From the NCBI GenBank assembly GCA_963668355.1, contig OY764265.1:2336001-2400000 (forward strand): a stretch of 64,000 nt of DNA, in the 5' to 3' direction. Numbering within the stretch: the stretch's first letter is position 1; every line of letters begins with the position of its first letter. Below, in pieces: positions 59,836-64,000 of this stretch. This DNA is from Bdellovibrionota bacterium. GTDB taxonomy: Bacteria; Bdellovibrionota_G; JALEGL01; DATDPG01. The notes beneath the pieces were generated by a model. The model was given only the letters and a program-made list of their open reading frames with translations. It ran no database searches and was not told the DNA's origin. A program made the position numbers and the translations under genes.

Positions 59836-61305
59836 TTGAAAGTTCTCGTCATCAATGAGCCATTTGTGGATGATTTCTGCCGAACGCAGCGTTGGGCCGC
59901 TCGAACCAGAGGTCGCGTGTTGAGAGCTCCAGACTGGTTGGCCTATGCAACGGCGGTTTTGTTAGATGCCAATATTGATGCGACGATTTACGATTTCCCC
60001 GCCCGTGGCTGGGGATTTAACGAATTTGAGCAGCTCATCAAAACCGAACAACCCGATTTCGTGGTTTTGGACTCTACAACGCCTTCCATTCATTCGGACA
60101 TTTCTTGTGCCCAGAATGTGAAGCGCCTAGCTCCCCACGCAGCGGTCATTATGGTGGGACCTCACGCGACATCGGTTCCCGAGGAAACACTACGCAACGC
60201 CAATGGGGCTGTGGATGTGGTTTGTCGGGGAGAGTACGACTTTACGGTGAGAGATGTGGTTTCTTCGTTTCCAAATGTGAAGGAAGTCGAAGGCATTACC
60301 TATTGGAATGGTGGAGATATTCAGAGCACCCCCGATCGCCCCTTAATTAAGAATGTGGATGATATTCCCTTTCCCGCTTGGCATCAGTTGAACCTGATGG
60401 ATTATTTCGATGGGACCAAACTTTATCCCTATATCGATATTTTCAGTGGCCGAGGGTGTCCACATCAGTGCACCTTCTGTTTATGGCCTCAGGTTATGCA
60501 CGGCCATCCGTTCCGTTTGCGAAAACCTTCCAGAGTGGTGGATGAAATGGAGTACGACATCCGGCTATGCCCACAGGTAGTCAATGGAGGCGAGTTCTTT
60601 TTTGAAGATGACACCTTCACACTCCACAAACCCACAGCGATGGGAATTTGCGAAGAGATTTTGAAACGAGACTTGAAGGTAACGTTTTCCGTCAATGCGC
60701 GCGTGGATACGGCGGATTTGGAAATGATGAAAGCGTTAAAGAAAGCGGGTTGTCGAGAACTTTTGGTGGGGTTTGAGTCTGGGGATCAACAGGTCCTGGA
60801 CAATATTAAAAAGCGCGCCACGATTGAACAGGCTGAAGAATTCATGGCCAGGTCCAAGGAGGCCAAGTTGGATGTGCATGGATGTTTTGTCATGGGCCTG
60901 CCCGGAGAAACCAAAGCTTCGATGGATAAGACCATTCAATGGGCAAGAGGCTTAGGGTTGCATACGGTTCAATTTTCTGCAGCCGTTCCATTTCCGGGAA
61001 CGGCTTATTTTGAAGAGAGTGACGAGAAGGGCCTTCTCAAAAGCAAAGATTGGAAAAAGTGGTTGGACCCTCAGGGCGAACAAGCTGGAGTGATCAGTTA
61101 TCCGGGGTTAACGAAAGAAGAGGTGGAAGCCGGGGTCAATCGGGCTCTCAAGAGCTTTTATTTTCGGCCCCTCTATCTTTTAAAATTCGGATTTAAGAAC
61201 CGCCATTTTAAAGATTTTTTGAGGAAGGTGAGGGGATTTCGCCACTTCTTCACGTATCTTTGGGATTCCATGAAATCGCAGTCCTCCGTTTTTAGTCGTC
61301 GCTAA
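59836..61305 (+). CDS. B12-binding radical SAM protein (HpnJ-like)
   Basis: N-terminal cobalamin-binding-like domain (VGPH, GEYD); SGRGCPHQCTFC; FEDDTF; GFESG; PFPGT. Confidence 0.88.
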   Translation: MKVLVINEPFVDDFCRTQRWAARTRGRVLRAPDWLAYATAVLLDANIDATIYDFPARGWGFNEFEQLIKTEQPDFVVLDSTTPSIHSDISCAQNVKRLAPHAAVIMVGPHATSVPEETLRNANGAVDVVCRGEYDFTVRDVVSSFPNVKEVEGITYWNGGDIQSTPDRPLIKNVDDIPFPAWHQLNLMDYFDGTKLYPYIDIFSGRGCPHQCTFCLWPQVMHGHPFRLRKPSRVVDEMEYDIRLCPQVVNGGEFFFEDDTFTLHKPTAMGICEEILKRDLKVTFSVNARVDTADLEMMKALKKAGCRELLVGFESGDQQVLDNIKKRATIEQAEEFMARSKEAKLDVHGCFVMGLPGETKASMDKTIQWARGLGLHTVQFSAAVPFPGTAYFEESDEKGLLKSKDWKKWLDPQGEQAGVISYPGLTKEEVEAGVNRALKSFYFRPLYLLKFGFKNRHFKDFLRKVRGFRHFFTYLWDSMKSQSSVFSRR

Positions 61306-61358
61306 AAGCGACCGTAAGATAGACGCTCCTTAAACATTTGAATAAACTGCCCAGGAAG

Positions 61359-62201
61359 ATGTCTCTGGACAACTCCACAAGCTCACCGATCATTGAGATC
61401 TCGTCGCGATCTCCCCGTGCGTACCATCGAATTCAAGAGGTATGGATGTACAGAGAGCTTCTGGGATTTCTCATCTGGAGAGATCTCAAGGTTCGGTATA
61501 AGCAAACGGTGTTAGGTGGACTCTGGGCCATTCTTCAGCCCCTTACAATCATGGTGTTGTTTACGCTGTTTTTTGGGCGTTTGGCCAAAATGCCCTCGGA
61601 TGGAAAACCCTATGCGCTTTTTGCATATGTAGCTCTGGTTCCTTGGCTTCTTTTTGCGAATAGCCTTCAGATGTCTTCCCAGAGTCTTGTGGCAAACGCG
61701 GGGCTTTGGACGAAAGTCTACTTTCCCCGATTGATTGTCCCTTTGGCCACCGCGTTCTCCGGGGTATTTGATTTTTTCATTGCAACATTTCTTCTGGTTT
61801 GTGCACTTCCATTTTTTGGTTTTTTTCCGACGCTTTCCTGGCTACTGATTCCATTCCTTTTTCTTCTCCTCATTTCACTATGTGTGGGGGTGAGTTTATG
61901 GCTGTCCGCACTCAATGTGTTTTATCGGGATGTTCGATTTGTGGTTCCCTTTATGGTGCAAGCATGGCTGTTCGCGACTCCCGTGGCATACCCTAGTACC
62001 CTCATGAATGAGACGTGGAGATGTGTCTACGCCATAAACCCCATGGTGAGCATCGTTGAAGGTTCTCGTTATGTGTTTCTCAACACGTCGGCGTTATCGT
62101 TTGAAATGCTTTTTGTATCGTTTCTTTCCACAATATTGATCACGGTGTCTGGGATGCTTTATTTCAATCGGATGGATCGTTTCTTTTCGGATGTGGTGTG
62201 A
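61359..62201 (+). CDS. wzm: Polysaccharide ABC transporter permease
   Basis: RDLKVRYKQT; KVYFPR; YRDV; TPVAYP; NPM. Confidence 0.9.
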   Translation: MSLDNSTSSPIIEISSRSPRAYHRIQEVWMYRELLGFLIWRDLKVRYKQTVLGGLWAILQPLTIMVLFTLFFGRLAKMPSDGKPYALFAYVALVPWLLFANSLQMSSQSLVANAGLWTKVYFPRLIVPLATAFSGVFDFFIATFLLVCALPFFGFFPTLSWLLIPFLFLLLISLCVGVSLWLSALNVFYRDVRFVVPFMVQAWLFATPVAYPSTLMNETWRCVYAINPMVSIVEGSRYVFLNTSALSFEMLFVSFLSTILITVSGMLYFNRMDRFFSDVV

Positions 62202-62965
62202 TGGAATCTTCGGTGATTCAGGTTGAAGGTCTTGGAAAGTATTATCAGCTTGGAGAACGTGGGTATCAATATCGTTCGTTTCGAGAAGTGTTGGCGGATC
62301 TTTTTCGAAGGCCCTTTCAAAAGCCCATAGGGGGGCAAGTCGATGAAAGTCTTTGGGCGTTAAGAAATCTTTCTTTCGACGTCCAGGCCGGAGAAATATT
62401 GGGCGTAATCGGAAAAAACGGGGCTGGAAAAAGTACGCTCTTAAAGCTTCTCTCTCGCGTTACAACGCCCACGGAGGGATCCATTCGTTTGAAGGGACGA
62501 GTGGGTTCTTTATTGGAGATTGGAACGGGATTTCATCACGAGCTGACCGGGAAGGAGAATGTTTTTCTCAACGGCTCCATTTTGGGAATGAAGAAAAAAG
62601 AAATCCGTGAAAAGTATGATGAGATTGTCAATTTTTCCGAACTGCATGATTTTATGAACACTCCCATCAAGCGTTTTTCGACCGGGATGTACCTACGTCT
62701 GGCCTTTTCCGTCGCAGCTCATCTGGATACCGAGATCCTGTTTTTAGACGAAGTCCTTTCCGTGGGAGATGTTCAATTCCAGAAAAAATGCTTTCAAAAA
62801 ATGAAAGACATCTGTCAGCAAGGACGCACCATTATTTTAGTCAGCCATAATTTAGAAGTTGTGGCCTCACTTTGTGAACGCATTATGTGGTTAGAAGAGG
62901 GGAAAATTCGAAAATGTGAAACAGCACAAAGTGTGTTGTGTGAATATAAAAGCGCATATACGTAA
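62201..62965 (+). CDS. wzt: Polysaccharide ABC transporter ATP-binding subunit (no C-terminal carbohydrate-binding domain)
   Basis: GKNGAGKST; GTGFH; FSTGMYLRLAF; DEVLSVGD; VSH. Confidence 0.9.
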   Translation: MESSVIQVEGLGKYYQLGERGYQYRSFREVLADLFRRPFQKPIGGQVDESLWALRNLSFDVQAGEILGVIGKNGAGKSTLLKLLSRVTTPTEGSIRLKGRVGSLLEIGTGFHHELTGKENVFLNGSILGMKKKEIREKYDEIVNFSELHDFMNTPIKRFSTGMYLRLAFSVAAHLDTEILFLDEVLSVGDVQFQKKCFQKMKDICQQGRTIILVSHNLEVVASLCERIMWLEEGKIRKCETAQSVLCEYKSAYT

Positions 62966-63026
62966 ACAGAGGGATAAGCTAATCTAGCGAGTTCAGACTT
63001 CTTTTTGAGCCATAGAAAGGTCAATG

Positions 63027-64000
63027 ATGGAAATTTCAATCCAACGACTGAGAGATGCAGATTTTGGAAAATGGATGGATTTAACCACGAGAGCTTACGG
63101 GCATTCTAACCACATCCTCAACGATTGGCCCCACTTGCGTTGGTATTTCTCTCCTCCTGGATTTTTGCATGATGGAAAATACGAGACGCTGGTCGCGGTG
63201 GCCTCAAGTGGAGATTTTGTGGGTACGTACGGCGTGTTGCCAGCATATATTCGAATCGAAGGAAAGCGCTACTCCTTTTGTTGGTTCGTGAGCGGAATGG
63301 TTTTGCCTGAATGCAGGAATCATGGAATCGGAAAGAAATTCGTTGCGGAGTTGATGGGACGTTTTGACGTTTGTGGAATCATAGGTTTCAATTTGGGGGT
63401 AAAAAGAAACTATGAACGCGCGGGATTCCATTTTTTTAACGACCAGACCCTAAGGCGCTTCATCTTGTGTTTGAAAGATGATGCTTTTGAATTGGTCGAA
63501 TTTATTGGAAAAGATGTTTCTCGAGCCAAGGAAGTTGTGAAGATTCAAAAGGAAACGACCGTTTCAAAGAACTTCTCAAAACCACTTAACTATTTTTCTC
63601 CAGATGTGGAGAGTGTTTTCGAACCCATGAAAACCTCTGTTTCCGTGATGATCGACCGAAATTCAGACTACTTGAACTGGAGATATTTTGGTAATCCGAG
63701 GATCACATATGAAAACAACGCATTCATTGACAATAAAAAGTGGAAGTCCATCTTAATTTCTCGACATGAACGGTTTTTCCCGAAGGACATTTATGGAACG
63801 CGAATCATCGATATGGCAGGCTCGTGTGATGATGTTGAGTGTTTGCTCAGATCAAAAATTTTAGAAGCTCAAGAAAGAAATGATAGCTTTGTTGAGTTTT
63901 CATATGCGGGGACGGTTTTTGACCCACTTATGGAAGCTTGTGGGTTCTCTGAGTTACATGGAAAAGATTATGAACTTTGGCCGATGGTGACCTCCCCAAT
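63027..64000 (+). CDS. GNAT-family acyltransferase, 3'-truncated (absent from the ORF track)
   Basis: My translation: MEISIQRLRDADF...VLPECRNHGIG (acetyl-CoA motif A)...YERAGF...RNSDYLNWRY. SD AGAAAGG; no stop seen before the window end. Confidence 0.75.
   Translation, partial: MEISIQRLRDADFGKWMDLTTRAYGHSNHILNDWPHLRWYFSPPGFLHDGKYETLVAVASSGDFVGTYGVLPAYIRIEGKRYSFCWFVSGMVLPECRNHGIGKKFVAELMGRFDVCGIIGFNLGVKRNYERAGFHFFNDQTLRRFILCLKDDAFELVEFIGKDVSRAKEVVKIQKETTVSKNFSKPLNYFSPDVESVFEPMKTSVSVMIDRNSDYLNWRYFGNPRITYENNAFIDNKKWKSILISRHERFFPKDIYGTRIIDMAGSCDDVECLLRSKILEAQERNDSFVEFSYAGTVFDPLMEACGFSELHGKDYELWPMVTSP

Noticed and set aside
1..64000. tRNA, rRNA, CRISPR arrays, IS elements
   Set aside because: Intergenic gaps are short and none shows a cloverleaf, repeat-spacer periodicity, or terminal inverted repeats with a transposase. 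Checked by eye only.

Overview
Bacterial chromosomal segment with about 55 protein genes and no rRNA, tRNA, CRISPR array or transposase that I can see. Gene content (an FHA-GGDEF cyclase resembling DgcB, a Hanks-type kinase, PilZ proteins, a HEAT/HD-GYP pair, a split nuo operon, dapL, and xerD-S2P-trpS-scpAB-rluB synteny) suggests a Bdellovibrionota/Myxococcota-like 'deltaproteobacterium'; this is an inference. Layout: a signalling island at 1-10 kb (hybrid kinases, a sigma54 activator, a REC-HPt-REC protein, sigma54/IHF promoter elements); the miaB operon; an archaeal-type GAPDH-like gene; a Ser/Thr kinase fused to an extracytoplasmic metzincin-like domain, with a lipoprotein partner; nuoACEFHJKLMN lacking B, D, G and I; purN, radC, rel, gshA; dapF-A-B-L; etfBA; PilZ/HD-GYP/HEAT genes; a solitary dnaK; a STAND-TPR protein; hflX with a probable AUU start; and the beginning of a polysaccharide export and modification cluster. 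The most notable items are the kinase-metalloprotease fusion, the AUU-initiated hflX, the nuo operon missing its iron-sulfur/quinone subunits, and the type II GAPDH-like protein. All family calls come from motif recognition by eye; no searches were run.
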